The notes under the pieces are model-generated. The model was not told where the DNA came from and did no database searches. It saw nothing but the letters and a program-made list of their open reading frames with translations. A stretch of DNA of 61,610 nt, filler included, from Choristocarpus tenellus KU-1152 (Eukaryota > Protista > Phaeophyceae), in assembly GCA_964200185.2 (NCBI GenBank). It is 5 parts of 5 records of this genome, joined end to end, with 100 filler letters (N's around TTAATTAATTAA, not from the genome) between each part and the next. Parts side by side here need not be neighbours in the genome. Positions count along the whole stretch, not along the records: positions 7,622 to 12,377 come from CAXNAD020013179.1; positions 12,478 to 41,386 come from CAXNAD020000116.1; 3 more parts are not named here. The stretch is one strand, 5' to 3'. Below, piece after piece: positions 12,205-25,954 of this stretch. The stretch's first letter is position 1; every line of letters starts with the position of its first letter. Position numbers and translations under genes: made by a program.

Positions 12205-12377
12205 AGACTGGCCAACCGGTGGACATGGACCAGTACAATACCCTGTGGACATGGGTCAGACATGTCAGAGAAAGTTTGGCCTGGTCCAACCGGCGGACAT
12301 GGACTGGTTCAATACCTAGTGCACATGGACCAGGACATGTTCAATAATTGTGGGACCAGTCTGGACATGGACCAGTA
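12205..12377. repeat. Cluster of GGACATGGACCAG-type short repeats resembling DNA-transposon subterminal repeats
   Basis: At least 5 variants of GGACATGGAC(C/T)(A/G)G and two CCAACCGG(T/C)GGACATGGAC lie just before the gap. Confidence 0.55.
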
Positions 12378-12477
12378 NNNNNNNNNNNNNNNNNNNNNNN
12401 NNNNNNNNNNNNNNNNNNNNNTTAATTAATTAANNNNNNNNNNNNNNNNNNNNNNNNNNNNNNNNNNNNNNNNNNNN

Positions 12478-12745
12478 GTCTGTTAGATTCTTGGGATGCC
12501 TCCCTAGCTTCCCCCCCCGGGGCACAGGAGTAGGTAGATGGGAAGCAAAGGACGACAGTAGTACAATATTGTATATTGGGGAAGTAACTGATAGGTTAGT
12601 GGTTTCCACACTTACAGTGTTTTATAGTGTTCTTATGTTTAGGATATTTTTTTTCTTTAGGGCTAATAACGAAATATGTATAGTTTTCATTGGTTTCCCT
12701 CCTGCCACATCTGCAAAATGTCAGAGGGCATAATAATATAATACT
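12478..12745 (+). mobile_element. 3' UTR of the CRE-like LINE (5' side lost in gap)
   Basis: Homologous to 26262-26520; ends CACATCTGCAAAATGTCAGAGGGCATAATAAT. Confidence 0.75.
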
Positions 12746-13412
12746 GGTTCTCTCTCCTAACGATCTTTTACATCACTTACACAACATTTCAGGGCACGGG
12801 ATCAATTCCCTACAAATAACCATTTCCTTTTCTTCAAATATATCATACAGCCATATCTATTGGGAGATTGTTCCCTGCAAACCAATGATCACAGTGCTAT
12901 GCTTCCAATCTAGGGAAGAATCCCAAGAACCTGCCACTCCCCTACTCATGCCCGCCAGCGTTAGTGTCTCCACCTCGAAAATAATGACATATGGCTCAAA
13001 AGAGTGTTGGAATATAGAGTGAAAGAATATGAAGTAATTTGAGTCTTGTAAAAGGAGAATTCGCCTTGGGAGTGAAGTAAACCAGCTGACATTCTGACAG
13101 AAAAAAAGAAGAATGTAGAGAGTATGGACGAAGGTTGAAGATTGGAATGATGAAAGATATATCTGGTAATCAAGAAAAGAAATAGAGTGAGTGGCGTCGA
13201 CGTGCAAATTCTAGGAAGAGGGTGGACAGAATGAAGGAGAGTGACAAGGTTTTGGGAATGAAGAATAGGGGGACAGGCCTAAGGCAACTACTGACCACAA
13301 TCTTTCCCACAAGGGAGAGAGGGAATGACCAGAAGGAAAGGTGGAGATGCGTGCTGAGCAGACGAAACAGTGTGAGCAGCATTGATATTCCTCCTTCACA
13401 CACACAAAGCGA

Positions 13413-13512
13413 CTCCACAATTCACAGCAAACGCTCTTTCAACAGTTGTACAAAATGACATATTTTGCCTTTCTGGGGATCCTACCTACCTCTCAGTTGG
13501 TTTGACTCAACC
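13413..13512 (+). repeat. Short dispersed repeat family D (other copies at about 27610-27730 and 33336-33470)
   Basis: Shared CCACAATT..GCAAA.GCTCTT..TGTACAA..ACAT..TTTTGC..GGG..CC..CTACCTCT..GGTTTGACT. Confidence 0.7.
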
Positions 13513-13674
13513 TGTCTGTTGGTTTCCACCTGTTTCAAATTGGTGGCGACTGCGCAGCAGTGCTGACGTCAGAGAGTACTTCAATAGTACCTTTAGGATA
13601 CTCTTAGTACATTACGCACTTTGAGCACCACACGCCTCAGATGCGAATTGAAAGAAATTATGAGCAGAATTTAT

Positions 13675-13851
13675 AGCTCAAAGTATCTGGGGGCGGGGGT
13701 GGTCTACACCAGGGTGTATATCCAGGCCCTGACCAGGACAAGTGCACTTACATTATCCATCCGACACATGCAATCAAATCACTCAAAATTGCGTCATGGA
13801 AAAATGGGCCCCGAAGGAACAGCCGCCACCCCCCCCCAGATACGTTGAGCC
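13675..13851. mobile_element. MITE family B, free-standing copy
   Basis: TIRs AGCTCAAAGTATCTGGGGG / CCCCCAGATACGTTGAGCC; 3-bp TSD TAT. Confidence 0.9.
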
Positions 13852-14249
13852 TATATTGGCTCAAAAAACTTCGATGTACTCCATTATCGGCCAAGCACCG
13901 ATCACTGATCAGCACCATGAGGCAAAAGATCCCTCATATGGTGAGAGGCCCTGCGAGAAGGGGAAGGTTCTTTGAGGTAATTGTCATTTTTGTCCTCTTT
14001 TTTCCCACCTACAGAAACGCTTTGATGTGATGTCTGAGAGACTTGACATATAATATGTTTTGCTTAAGGGACTGTAGAGTTGTCAGCATATCACAGGTTT
14101 AGATATATCTTATATTCAACATATGTTGGATCTTTTTTATATTCGTGTAGATATGTGTGCGTGTCCACACATTACTGCTGCTTCAGTCGTCAGGTGATCA
14201 CCTTCCTGTTGCCTTTTGTGACAGCCTCTCATGCACCCACATTCTTCAC

Positions 14250-15650
14250 ACAGGCGTTGCAAAAGAAGGAGCTGTACATTGCCTGGGTCCAGCCTGGTGG
14301 CTTTTAGGTGACAATAATTCTAGCTGTTGAAAACATGTGCTCTGAGTTTGCTTGTGCAGTGGGAATAGTCAAAACGCAACGGCAAAGTTTGTCCAGGCAC
14401 AGAAATTTCGAGCTCCTTTTCCACCACCACTTGACCGGGTTGTTGTGAGCTTCACTGTTGGTATCAATTGTCGGGAGCCCTCCTTCGGCAACCTTGAAGG
14501 CACCAACCTCTACATGTACCACTTCCTCCATGTGTTCCCTCACAGTGTGTGTGATCCAATATCCCCCCACCACTACCAGAACTCCCCCCAGACATTGGGC
14601 TAGGGACGCTCTTTCAAACTCCCTGTATCATTTCTGGGAGGTCTGCCCCGAGCCAAGATGGACACTATGTGGATGTGGGCTTGGTTCCACCAATGGACTG
14701 TTCTCTGCCACCTATCGTTTGTGCTTCTCCTCCATAACGCATGCAACCTTTAACTCCACCTGCCTGCAAATATCTTTAGGGTAATCGTTCTCTGGAACCC
14801 TGTAAGGGTTTTGTTTGTGGGGCTTAGACAAGTAGCCAGGATCTATTTCCACTTCAACGCTCTGGACTGCCTGTCCTCACTCTCAGAGAACCGGGCAATA
14901 TTTCTCTCTGTACGAAAGCACTTCACAAAATCAGATACATCGTACAGCTTTTTTTCTTTCCAGTCTTTTCCACCTGTTCGGAGGTGGTGGTTTCAAAGTC
15001 ACTGCAGGCTTGCACTGCTTTCTCCAGCTCCACTCTTACACCATAGATAATGAGGACAACTAGAAACGCTATCATACGTGTCATGTGAAATAATAAGGAA
15101 CAGTGTACATGTGATAGATAACAATATATATTACAAAAGATGTTTGATACGGCAACCAATTTCCTATTTCAACTGCTTGTCTCCCACTCAAATACCAAAT
15201 ATGTTACGGGTGACCATCAATGTTCTCATAAAGAATGAAAGAATGATGACAATTTTGAGGTACAGGAAGCAGCACACCATGGAATACGTGTAATCAATGA
15301 GTCAGCATACATCCTTTATCACTTTCTTTGGCTCTATCCTCTACATCTCCTCCAAGCACTCCTTACACTGGCTGGACTTCAAATAGGATTGAACGGCTTC
15401 CTGCGCTCTGATTTCATGACATCTTTTACCCCTTCCTTGTTGAATGCTGTACCAGCCACACACTCTACTAGTAGGTCATGACACAGTGTTCTTCATCCAG
15501 CAAGAGACCCAACATGACTCGTTGTCTACCTTCAAGGCAGGTTCTGCACCACCTTCCTTTCCATCATCCTCCACATGGCGGAAGGCATATCTTGTAGATG
15601 GGTTGACCTCATGCTCGCGTAGGTACCCACCCTCAGCGTCTTCAGAGTAC
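14250..15650 (-). mobile_element. Degraded hAT transposase, including the C-terminal dimerisation domain
   Basis: NPVKWWWKRSSKFLCLDKLCRCVLTIPTAQANSEHMFSTARIIVT..RLDPGNVQLLLF matches the hAT C-terminal pattern WW..FP.L..LA...L.IPA.SA.SER.FS. An upstream fragment KKVIKDV resembles L.QDV.TRW. Confidence 0.8.
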
Positions 15651-16499
15651 CTAGGAACATCGTGGCTTAATATGCAGTCCTAGATATGTTAACAGTGTTT
15701 GTGTGTTTGTTTTGTGTGCCTGTGTTTATCCTTCTCTCCTCCAAATATTCCAGGGAAGAAATACAAAATAACAGAATAATTGGTTCCAAAGTTTTCCACT
15801 TTAAATGAAAATCATATTAACTGAAAGTGGAAAAACATTTCACAACGCTTAAATGAGCAGATTAGGTCACCCTGCAGGGTGGTGGCTGGTATGATAACCG
15901 TGGAAGTTATAATAAAAAAGTATGTAGATACTTTCATGGTCATGCTATATGAGCAGTGGTAGTCTGTGCCCCTGTCATGACAATCATTGCTCCCTTCGTT
16001 ATATACTATACTAATGTCTACTTGTTCCCTTGAAAACAAGAGCTTGACTGATGACAGTGCAGGCATACAGAGTGAATGGAAGCTTGCAGTATTTGGTGAC
16101 AACTGACTAGTTGCGGTTGGACTGACTAAAGTTGACCCCAGAGCTGTAAAGTGCGTTGCATATCTCAGTGAATCCACGCAGACAATTACGAATTACGACC
16201 TGAATTCTACTTCCTGGGCAACTCACTGGCTGTTGTTGCTTTGAGACAATTATGAAGAAGAGTACATGAATGCCACATGTCACAGTCCCTTTTGTTTAGA
16301 GTAAACCCTCAAGACTAGTCACTAACCGAACACTCAAAGTGCTATTATATACCATGCACGAACAATTTTAACCAATTGATTGAGACTTGACTAATTACAA
16401 TAGGACTATAGCAAGTACATCTGCTCATACCAGGGGGCAGAGTTTAGCATGCGATTGGGTACACAATTGAGTCCTTGTGTTTCAGATTGGGATATAATT

Positions 16500-17700
16500 C
16501 AAAGGTTGCTCACAGGTATATGTTGGGAAGTTGGAGATCCAACAAGGAGTACACTTAAAAAAAACGGAACTGGGGGGAGGGGGGAAAGGTTAGGCTAGGG
16601 TAGGGGAATGACACTGGTGTGAGTTTGCTAGGAAGGGGTGCAAATGGAGAAGGTGGTAGAGGACATATTACAAGGTAGGGCATTGGCCTCCTCCAATGAT
16701 ACTGCACATAAAATGGCAGGATCAAGGTGGTGCTGGATAGGTGGTGTTCAGGAACCCTCAATGTCACAAATATTCAAGACACTGTAATGATAGTGGGGGT
16801 CCAAAGTGGGTATTCTGAGACTACTTGCCAAAACCACCTACCCACCTCACGTACCTTGTACAACAGTTCTACCTCAAGTTGTATGGATTAGACTGTGAAA
16901 GTTGTTACTGATGCAGAAAATGTCATGGGTAAGAGTGGGAAAATTTTTCTGTCAAGTCCTGGTAGATACCAATAGACTTAATGGGGTCGCCAAGGTTTGG
17001 GTATTCAATGAGAGTATGTGTAGTCGAGGACTCTTACATGACATACTGCGGGAGACATACCCTGAGGTGGTAAAACCTGATAGTGAGTGCACAGAAGACT
17101 ATATGATACCTCCATCTTCCATGGATGATAGTGCAGATGTAGGTTATCCAGAGATGTGTGAGTAGTGACAGGGAAACTGGATAAAAGGTCATACGAGGTC
17201 TGCCCTGGCTACTTCTTTCTTTTTTTTTGGTGGCTGGTGTACATGTTGGGAATATACCTGAAAAGGGGATGACTGGGCAGACTAGGGGGAGAGGGAAGTG
17301 AGAGGTGACAAGAGTATGGCAGTGGGATCAAGAGATAGACTTGCCTAAATAGGGGAAGGTAACTGAGAGTGATGTTTTAGGATGTGATGTTTTAGGATAG
17401 GGATACTTGACAGAAAAAAAAGGGTTTGAGAATATATGACAGGGCAGGACAGGACATATGCCAACAGTGAAGGATGTGTTGGCAGATGAAATATCTAGGA
17501 TATGTAGGGATATAATCACTCAAATCAACCCTTAGTACTCTTACCAACACGTAAAATGGCAGGAGCAATCTCTGGGTAAGTAAGGGTGGACCTAGTAGCT
17601 GGGTGTCCCACAACCAAGTATGCCATAGGATTGGTAGCACCCTTTCATGAAAAAGTATCATAAAGGGGGTTTGGGAGTAGGTAGAGAGAGTTCCGTTCAT
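16500..17700 (-). mobile_element. Highly degraded and rearranged non-LTR retrotransposon fragments
   Basis: PIKSIGIYQDL resembles the RT YLG motif and the RYYQD segment near position 340; CpG-poor. Confidence 0.3.
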
Positions 17701-19489
17701 ACAGGATCTCGGGTATTTGGTTTGACTCCAGTGGTTGGGAGTTAGAAGTGAAGGCAGGGGTGGAGTGTATGTATTTCTATTCTGGAAGTAAGGGCAACTC
17801 AGTTGGTGGAGTAAGGGGCAAGATATCTATAGCCCAACACTCCCACAAACACTTTTTGACCTTCCAACTGCCCACACAATCCTTAAGTTTTCTTTGTTAC
17901 ATATCGGTGCTCAGGAGCACTGGGATGAATTTTGTACATGAAGGGACTTGAGCATCTAGCTTGTGTTAAAGCAGAAATGGTGAACTCCAGCAATCTTCAA
18001 ATGGTTGGTGGTATATGTTATTAATCCACTGCTCGGAATGAACCAAGTTGCAATTTACTTTCTTCATCAATTATTCTTCCTTTTAGGTAAGTAATTCTCA
18101 ACCACTCTTAATACTATGCCAACAGGTGGTTCTTTGACTGATATTGCTAACTCCTTCTCAGTTCTTCTATTTATTACACCAAATGTTCAACATCAAACAT
18201 ACCATTCGCTATCACACAGAGTGTCAACAGCAGAAACACAAACCACTCTTTGACACCTTGACACCAGTAGTCAGAAGTTAGAAGTGAAGGCAGGGGTAGG
18301 GTGTATGTCTCTCTTAGCTAGGAGTAAGAGTAACTGAGCTGGTACAACAAGGGTAAAGATATCAACAATCCAATACCTCACATACTCTTGACCTCCGAAC
18401 TGCCTACACAACACTTGTATATCCTTTGGTCGAAAGGGACTTTGAAGTAGTGAGCAGAAACTCTACACACAGGAACCTAATTATTTCATTTGACCCCTGT
18501 CAAAAAGAGTATTGTGCTTTGTGCTATTGACACTTTGTGTGATAGTGAACGGTGTAATTGGTATTCTACTTGTTGTGCAATAAACTCAATAACTGAGAAG
18601 GACTTTGTCAGTGTCTACACAGCAGTCTATATATGCCATGGCTAACCCTAACCTTAAGTTCCCTCACCTTCTACGGTTTCTGCGAATTGAGCAAAATGAA
18701 TTTTTCTCCAACAAGTGTTGCACACTTTTGCATGGCATACTTTGCATGGCACACTTCACATGGCATACTCCAAAAAAGATACAAATACCCTTCACTCACA
18801 CAGCACCACCATAACAAAACACTCCTGCCCTCACCAAAAGAGTTCTTCCTCAGTCTCATGGCAGCATCCATTTAGCACAGTTTCACCCGCTGCACATGCA
18901 GTGTAAATATCCGTAGAAGTGAAAAAGCAGTTGTGTGACATGGAATCAATGTCAAAAGGGGAACAACTGTTCTACACCTTCCACTAATGCAATTCAATAA
19001 AGGACAAGAGTGAACATTAAACTCAAATACACATAGAGTGTGGAATCGAGTCTTGCAGACAATAGTTGGGGCAATGGGACACCTTATCCCATTCTTCACA
19101 CTTCAATAACATTGTTGGGAGCAAACTCTGATGGCTCCATCCATTTTTTGTGCATGCACTCTGCAAAGTAAGGCGGTTGCATTAGGACAAAAACAGTAGT
19201 GCACAGTTCATTTCTAACCCCTGAAATTAGGATTGAAAATACCAAATATTTGTAGCTGAAAGGCAGATACAAAGGACCAGTACAGGTTGCGTTCTCCCCC
19301 AACAATAGTGCACCGTATCTTCCAAGAAGCTTCCATATCACTGAACAAGCAAAATGTAGACACAAGTATCGATCAAATAAAAAAGCAATGACGAGGATGA
19401 CTACACAACAGATCGGAGCAAGCTTCACATCATGAGCACGAAGCTCGACTTGTTTGCACACGTCAGGAGAGCACCACAATGGCTCACGA

Positions 19490-20300
19490 CTCAATCCCAA
19501 CCGCAATTTCACTCACCCGGAATTGGAATCACTTGACCTTCCTCGGCGTCCTACGAACAGCTATCTTGGACGCCAACTTGCTAGGTTACCTTTCATCCAA
19601 AGAGTTATTCCTCTCATTATCTCGGCCAAAGGCCAATGCACTTCTCCATCTTACGCCTTTCGAAGGGTACCTGACAACAAATCACCCCAAAACCTGTTCA
19701 ACACAAATTTCACACCTTGCAAAACTCGCCCACAAAAATACTCTACAAATTCAACTATTCTACCCAAGGAGGATAATCAGGAAAATATGCCATCTGACCC
19801 TTATGCATGCATCACATCTTCACTTTTAGGTATTGCTTGATTGTTGCGTCTGTTCGACACAAAACCCGTAACAGAGACGCAGAAACCTTACTACCCCATG
19901 CAACCCTCCTCAACACACGGACTACTACGCATTTCACAACATACATGCCCCCAGGCGGATGGTCTCAACCTCTACCATTCCCCTGCTGCGATTGACATGC
20001 CACCTACCATACTGGAGGTATGGTGTTCCAGGGATACGCATACATGGTTGATGTGTCAGTTTAACCCATTTAATAATGATTCCACACCTTCCCAATTACA
20101 TGTTATGGGGCCTGGTTCTTGTACTCGTCATCTTCGGCCCACGCTTGATAGAGGGTCTGGTCTGGGTTACGTCGAAGGCTGTCTCTGAGGCATTATGACA
20201 CCGCCCAAGCGTCAAGGGTGTACTAGTCCTTTTGACGGGGCTCAGGATCTGCATGTTTAGGGATAATGGAAGATCCTTCTCCTCAACCTACACTACCCTG
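19490..20300 (+). mobile_element. Degraded Ty1/copia gag-protease fragment
   Basis: In order, with stops: a gag-like WNHLTFLGVLRTAILDANLL, a WCS...H....C knuckle-like motif, GPGSCTRH (about DSGASRH) and VLVLLTGLRICMF (about VPGL..NLF). Confidence 0.4.
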
Positions 20301-20756
20301 ATGGTACTTTATTTCTCGAAGTCGTCTCGGCTTTCTGACCAGGGTCAACAAACTTATGAGTTGGTTGCGCTTCCTTCTTGTTCACCATGGTGGTGTAGTC
20401 CTACATCGCTGGTGACCTCCCAACACACATTTGCGTGAGTACCACTATTATTGGACCTGGTTCTGCGTGATGGGGGGTGATGAGAACCACCAGAGATGAG
20501 ATTCAGAAAGGAAGTGAGAGATGAGACTGAGGCATGCTGACGTCTGTTGACAGGGCGAGGGTTCAAAGCACGATGTGATGGGATAATATCCCCATCATTG
20601 TTAGGAGATTAAAAAAAAGCCTGTAATGACACATCATTGTTCTTGATTTTGTATGTCCCATACAGGTTTGAACATGGCTCAACCCACTCAATCTTTTTGT
20701 TTAACGACGACAATACAGGTCAAAGATAGGAGAGGCATTGGTAAGAAGATCGCGAT

Positions 20757-23631
20757 ATGCCTGCCACACCAGTCCCTACCTCTAGTTTGCGAGGCATTTC
20801 GGCCTGGGGAAGATCATTGCCGTGGAATCTGCGCCAGACCACGGGACTCGTGCCGTCCATTGCCCGCATTGACGAGGTGGCACGGGGTATGCGGTGCGCT
20901 TCAATGACTGGAGGAGAAGATGTGAACCTGCCGGTAGTACAGAAGATAGACTTCCGAATCACGGAACACGCTATTCTACGAAATGATGACCCGCAAACTG
21001 TCTCCTTTGTAACAGGGTCCAACAGAGGCATAGGCCTTGAGATCTCACGCCAACTCCTCTCCAGGACGAAAGGTGAGCCCTGGTCACGATACGTGTAGGT
21101 AGTAATACATCGCTTGCGATGTTTCAAGGGAATGGAAAGGATCGACAGTGTGAATTTTGAGTGAGGCGTTGGATCCCTGGAAAGCGTGCTCCCAATGTTC
21201 TCCCGTCCTTAAGATATTTTCTTCGAACGAACAAGTTTTCCCTATAGAAAGGTACCTGGAGTGACTTAACATGTTTTCTTGGAGTTCAACTCTCTGAATA
21301 CTCCAGGCATGGTGCATTATCATCTAGCCAAATTGCTACTGTACATCTCTCAGTGAGGAAGTTGATATAGAGTTGTCTATTCCTCTTGGCATGCTAGATG
21401 TGTCTCTCAGTGATTAGAGTTTGCAACAGTGTCACAAGTCCTACTTTGATTTTCGACCCCAGTGTCTTGCTGCCCTGCCATGTGAAGCTCTTATCTTGAG
21501 AGTTTTCGCACACTATCAATGGCTCCGCTTGCTATTCCGGTATATGTTTTCTCCAAGCCCTCACGCGCTTGCTGCTCCCCATTACATTCCACCACAATAT
21601 CTTGGATTGACTTCATCTTGCGTTGTACTACGGAGTGTATAATGTTCGATGTCTTCCACGTCCTTTACATCATCCCTGCTCCTACATGGTTGCTTGAGGT
21701 TCCCCTGGTCAGGTATCGTGGTAGCCGCCTGCCGTAACCCTGACCAGGCGGAGATGTTGCACCACCTACATCGTCTTGAGGGCAACAAGGGCAGACTTGA
21801 CATTGTGCAGATGGACGTAATCGACCAGTCTAGCATAGACGAGGCAGCAGAGCATGTCAAGAGTCAGCACAAGGTGGGTTTAAACGTCAAATAGATGCCA
21901 GCAAATACGCTGTTGGTGTGAGATTTGTCTATGCAAAATGGTGTGAATTGAGGTTGTGTTGATGGATGTTGTAGTGCTCAAGCTACTTCCAGTTGTACGT
22001 ATGTATCTAGGTTACACACGCACAGCAAAGTATTGTTATAGGCTAGTCCATTCCATAATTTCCTCCCACAGACAAATTCAGGCCTTCAAAAAACTTTCAA
22101 TGCAGCTTGGCCTCTTAAATTACATGTCTGTGACCAACCAGTGGTGAGAATCGGTGACCTCACTGTTAGTATTAGGTCCTGACCAGAACTGCACTACATA
22201 ACCAAAATTATTGTCCCCAAACCTGAACTTTGGTACTGTGTTATCCTCCTGTCTATGCTCCTCCCCCACTGGCATGGAATCCATGTATCTATGTGGGCAA
22301 TGTTGCACTACTGACGTGTTACCTACTACGGGATTGACTCTTCGCAGCGCTTGGACCTCCTCTTCAATGTGGCAGGGATTCTTGGGGATGGAAAAACCAC
22401 CCCTGGACCAGAGCGATCTCTGAAAGCAATTGATCGTGACTGGCTACAGCAAACCCTTCTTGTTAATGCCATAGGTCCAGTGATGCTCACACAAGCCATG
22501 GCGCCCTTGATGCTGCCTGGCGGAGGAAGGAGGGGAGGAGGGCATCAAGGGCCTACGGCCCCTTCTGTTGTGATTAACTTCAGTGCACGAGTAGGCTCTG
22601 TGACAGACAACCACTTAGGTGGCTGGCATTCGTACCGTATGTCCAAGGTGATACATGTAGACAGGTATCGCTAGTCTATTGAAAAGTGTGTTGGTGTGAT
22701 CTTGCCTTTTGTTCCCACCCAATCTCTTCCTTTGATCAGGAGGCTATTACGTACCAATTGCTAAGACTAGTGAGAGCAGTTTCTCCTTGCCAAAGGCTCT
22801 ATCATTACGTATTGCGTCCAAAATTTTTGGAGTGCTGTGTTTTTGGAGTCCAGCTTCTGTACTTGTACATATTTTTAGTGTTGTGACAATGGGCAACAGG
22901 GTTTCTTTCACACTGCGTGGTAGAGTAAAGAAGTAAATATCCTTGGTTGCCACAGACCTCTCCCTCTCTTTTCCCTTCTCCTGTTAGTAATATATTTATT
23001 GTGCAATTGAAAACATGCTGCTGTGACTGGCTGGCGAAATTGACTGCAGTTACGGCTGTCCTGTATGAGTGTATGAGTGTATGAGTGTTTTGTCATGGTA
23101 CAATTGATTGGATCATTTTGATTGGATCATTTCTACACTTGATGTTGAACTGCAGCTTCTACACTCTTCAATTCTCTATGTGGCAGAACAAAAGCCTTCT
23201 AAGCACTTCATACACTCCAAGGATTTTTTTTTAAAATCTTATGATGTGTGAGAGGGGCCGCAGGGTCCACAGGGGGTGTTTAAAAAAAAAAAGACTTGAG
23301 TAAGAAGGAACACTGTTGCCACCCCTCTCTAATGTGACCCTTAATTGCAACCTCTTGCATCTCTCCCCACAACCACCTTGCACAGGCGATGCTCAATATG
23401 TGGACAAAGGGTTTGTCTCTGGAACTGCGGCGTAAGGGTGTATGGGCCATTTCGTACCACCCAGGAACCACTGATACAGGGCTCTCGGAGCCATTCCAGA
23501 AGAATGTCAGACCAGAAAAGCTGTTTACTCCAGCTTACACTGTGGGAAAGTTGCTGGACCTTGTCAACTCCCTAGAAGAGGAGCACTCAGGAGGGTTCTA
23601 TGACTTTGATGGGATAAGGATTCCTTGGTAG
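20757..23631 (+). CDS. Short-chain dehydrogenase/reductase, CsgA/C-factor-like, about 340 aa; exons 20757-21072, 21713-21873, 22348-22647, 23386-23631
   Basis: All introns are GT-AG and phase-compatible. Motifs: TGSNRGIG (TGxxxGxG), AACR, LFNVAG, SARVGS, YRMSK (YxxxK), HPGTTDT and the C-terminal FYDFDGIRIPW. Confidence 0.95.
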
Positions 23632-25954
23632 CACCTTTGTAGAGCTCTAGCTAGGTATCATCGCCAGATTTTTTTTATCATTGGATCATAGTTCTGTCAT
23701 AGTTCTGTCCTCCAGTTCGATACCTTATATTGTCGGAGGCCTATCCTATCTCATGTGATGGTGTTAGCTGGTCTTGATGACCTTGTTGGAAACGTGGTTG
23801 CTCCTCTGCGTGTGTTGCGTCCTTCACATCCAGAGCAGAAGTTGAAGGATGATATTATAAGACGATATTTGATATCCTTAGCAGTTTTTATTTTTATTTT
23901 TTCAGTGAACTGGATTTTGTGTAAGATTTCTGAAGTGTACATCAATAAATAATATAAAAAGAAAAGCAGAACAATGTGATCGGGGTTGTGAACAGTTGGT
24001 TAATCTTACAATGTAGAACTGCAAACAACTAATTCCATGATAAGCAATGGCCATACAGGGCGGATGCTACTGATGCTCATTAATCAAGATTAAAAGGACA
24101 GTACCTCTACTGCCAGAAATCATCTCAGGAGAAACAACGACATGATGACTGCAACTATGTGGTTCAGAAGGGAATCTGAGTAAGTAAGAAAGTGAGTGAG
24201 TGTGCAACCTGCCAAGATACTACCTAATACTTGATTTGGTGATAGAACAAGCAAACTTCTTGAATATATGAAGGTTTAGACTTACTACTTGGTGATAATG
24301 GTGTATTCAACACTTCCAACTGATTACTTGTGTTCACATTATCAGGCGTTGACCCAGCACAAACACTTCAATCCTTTCCACCTGCAATGCGACTTGTTCT
24401 GTAGTACTGGACTTGGTTATTTTTTGTTTTTATCCTTACAGAAGATACCCATGGGGACGAGCATATCAACCTTCTGAAGAGGCCACCGACAGAAGGGATC
24501 CCCCCTACTTGCACCCATAGAGCAGACTGTGCTTGGGTGTCCTGCATCTGCTGCTGTGCTAGAGTGTGACTTCTGTGTGACTGGGCAAGTGGTGCCTCAC
24601 AAGAGGGCCTCATTGAATCTAGCAAACACCGAGATGGAGCTCTTTTGCTGGGTGGATATTTGTACATGTGTATGAAGCAGCTCAGACGCTCATGCAGGGT
24701 AGTAAATGAGTTTGATGAGTGCAAGACAACACTCACACTGTACATCAACTGTGTAACACTTTCACAGCATGCATGCCAGCACTACCAGTTGTGGTGGTAG
24801 TAGTGTTTTTAATTTGTAGTGATATGTTACAGTACAACATAATGGAGGGGGTACCATGTCACTTTGGAGAATGTTAAGCCTTGACATTTTGTTGTCTGAA
24901 AACATAATGTTACAACAAAATATTTAGTGTTTTATGCAATATTGTATGCTGCGTTAGAATGACAACATATTATGTGCATGATTTTGAGCAGAGAGTTATG
25001 AGCATAACCCAGTGTTGTATGTGTTTCAGTCTAGAGTTTTAGGGCCTTACATAGTGTTGAATATGTTTTGGACTGGACTGTTACAGGCATAACATAGTTT
25101 TGCATACGTTTTGTATCCAGTGTAATGAAGCACATCGTAATTATGTTGTTCAAAGTGGGAATAGTAATGACAGTAAACAATATTACAGAAGGAAACTATA
25201 TATTGGTATTTTCGGTATAGATACAGAACTCGTTTTCCAGGTCCTTTTTTTCATTTTTTTTTACAGATAAATTTCCATCTGTTACTCTGATGGACTTAGG
25301 TGTATGAAATAAGGACTATTGCTGTTGTGCACGTTTTATTCTCTGTTTTGTCTTCCTTTTTGACAAACTCTATGTTGTCGCTGTGTCTGTTCTTTTCTTT
25401 ACTTGGGCTTATCCTTTTTCCCTTCATGGCAACATCTGGAATGGGTGGTAATGTAATCAGTAAAACAATGCCAATCTCAAGAATAATTTTGAAAGTGTGT
25501 ACAATATGATAACAACATTAAGGAGAAATATTGGTAATGGTAACAACAGCTATATATATATAAATAGAATAGAAAATATAACAATGCCAATGGAACTACC
25601 TCTGATAAACCCAGGAAATTTGAACCTATAAATATCAGTATATGGAGGTCATGCCAAGTAATACTAGAATGTAATAATGGATGCGAGATGACAAAAAGAC
25701 TAATACTAGTCACAACGAAAAACATGTTTGTACAATTGTATAATAGAGCGATTGATATGACTGGATGACACTGATGTGCCAACATTGGCTAATACTAACA
25801 GTACTACTGAACTAAGTTAATAGTCTTACGTACTATCAAGTAGCTGTCCTGGTATTGATTTACGAAAAAAAATAAATTACTATAGCTGAAACCCATAGGG
25901 CAATACAGGTAAAACAAGTTGCTGATATACCAACACTGACAAATAGTACCATTA

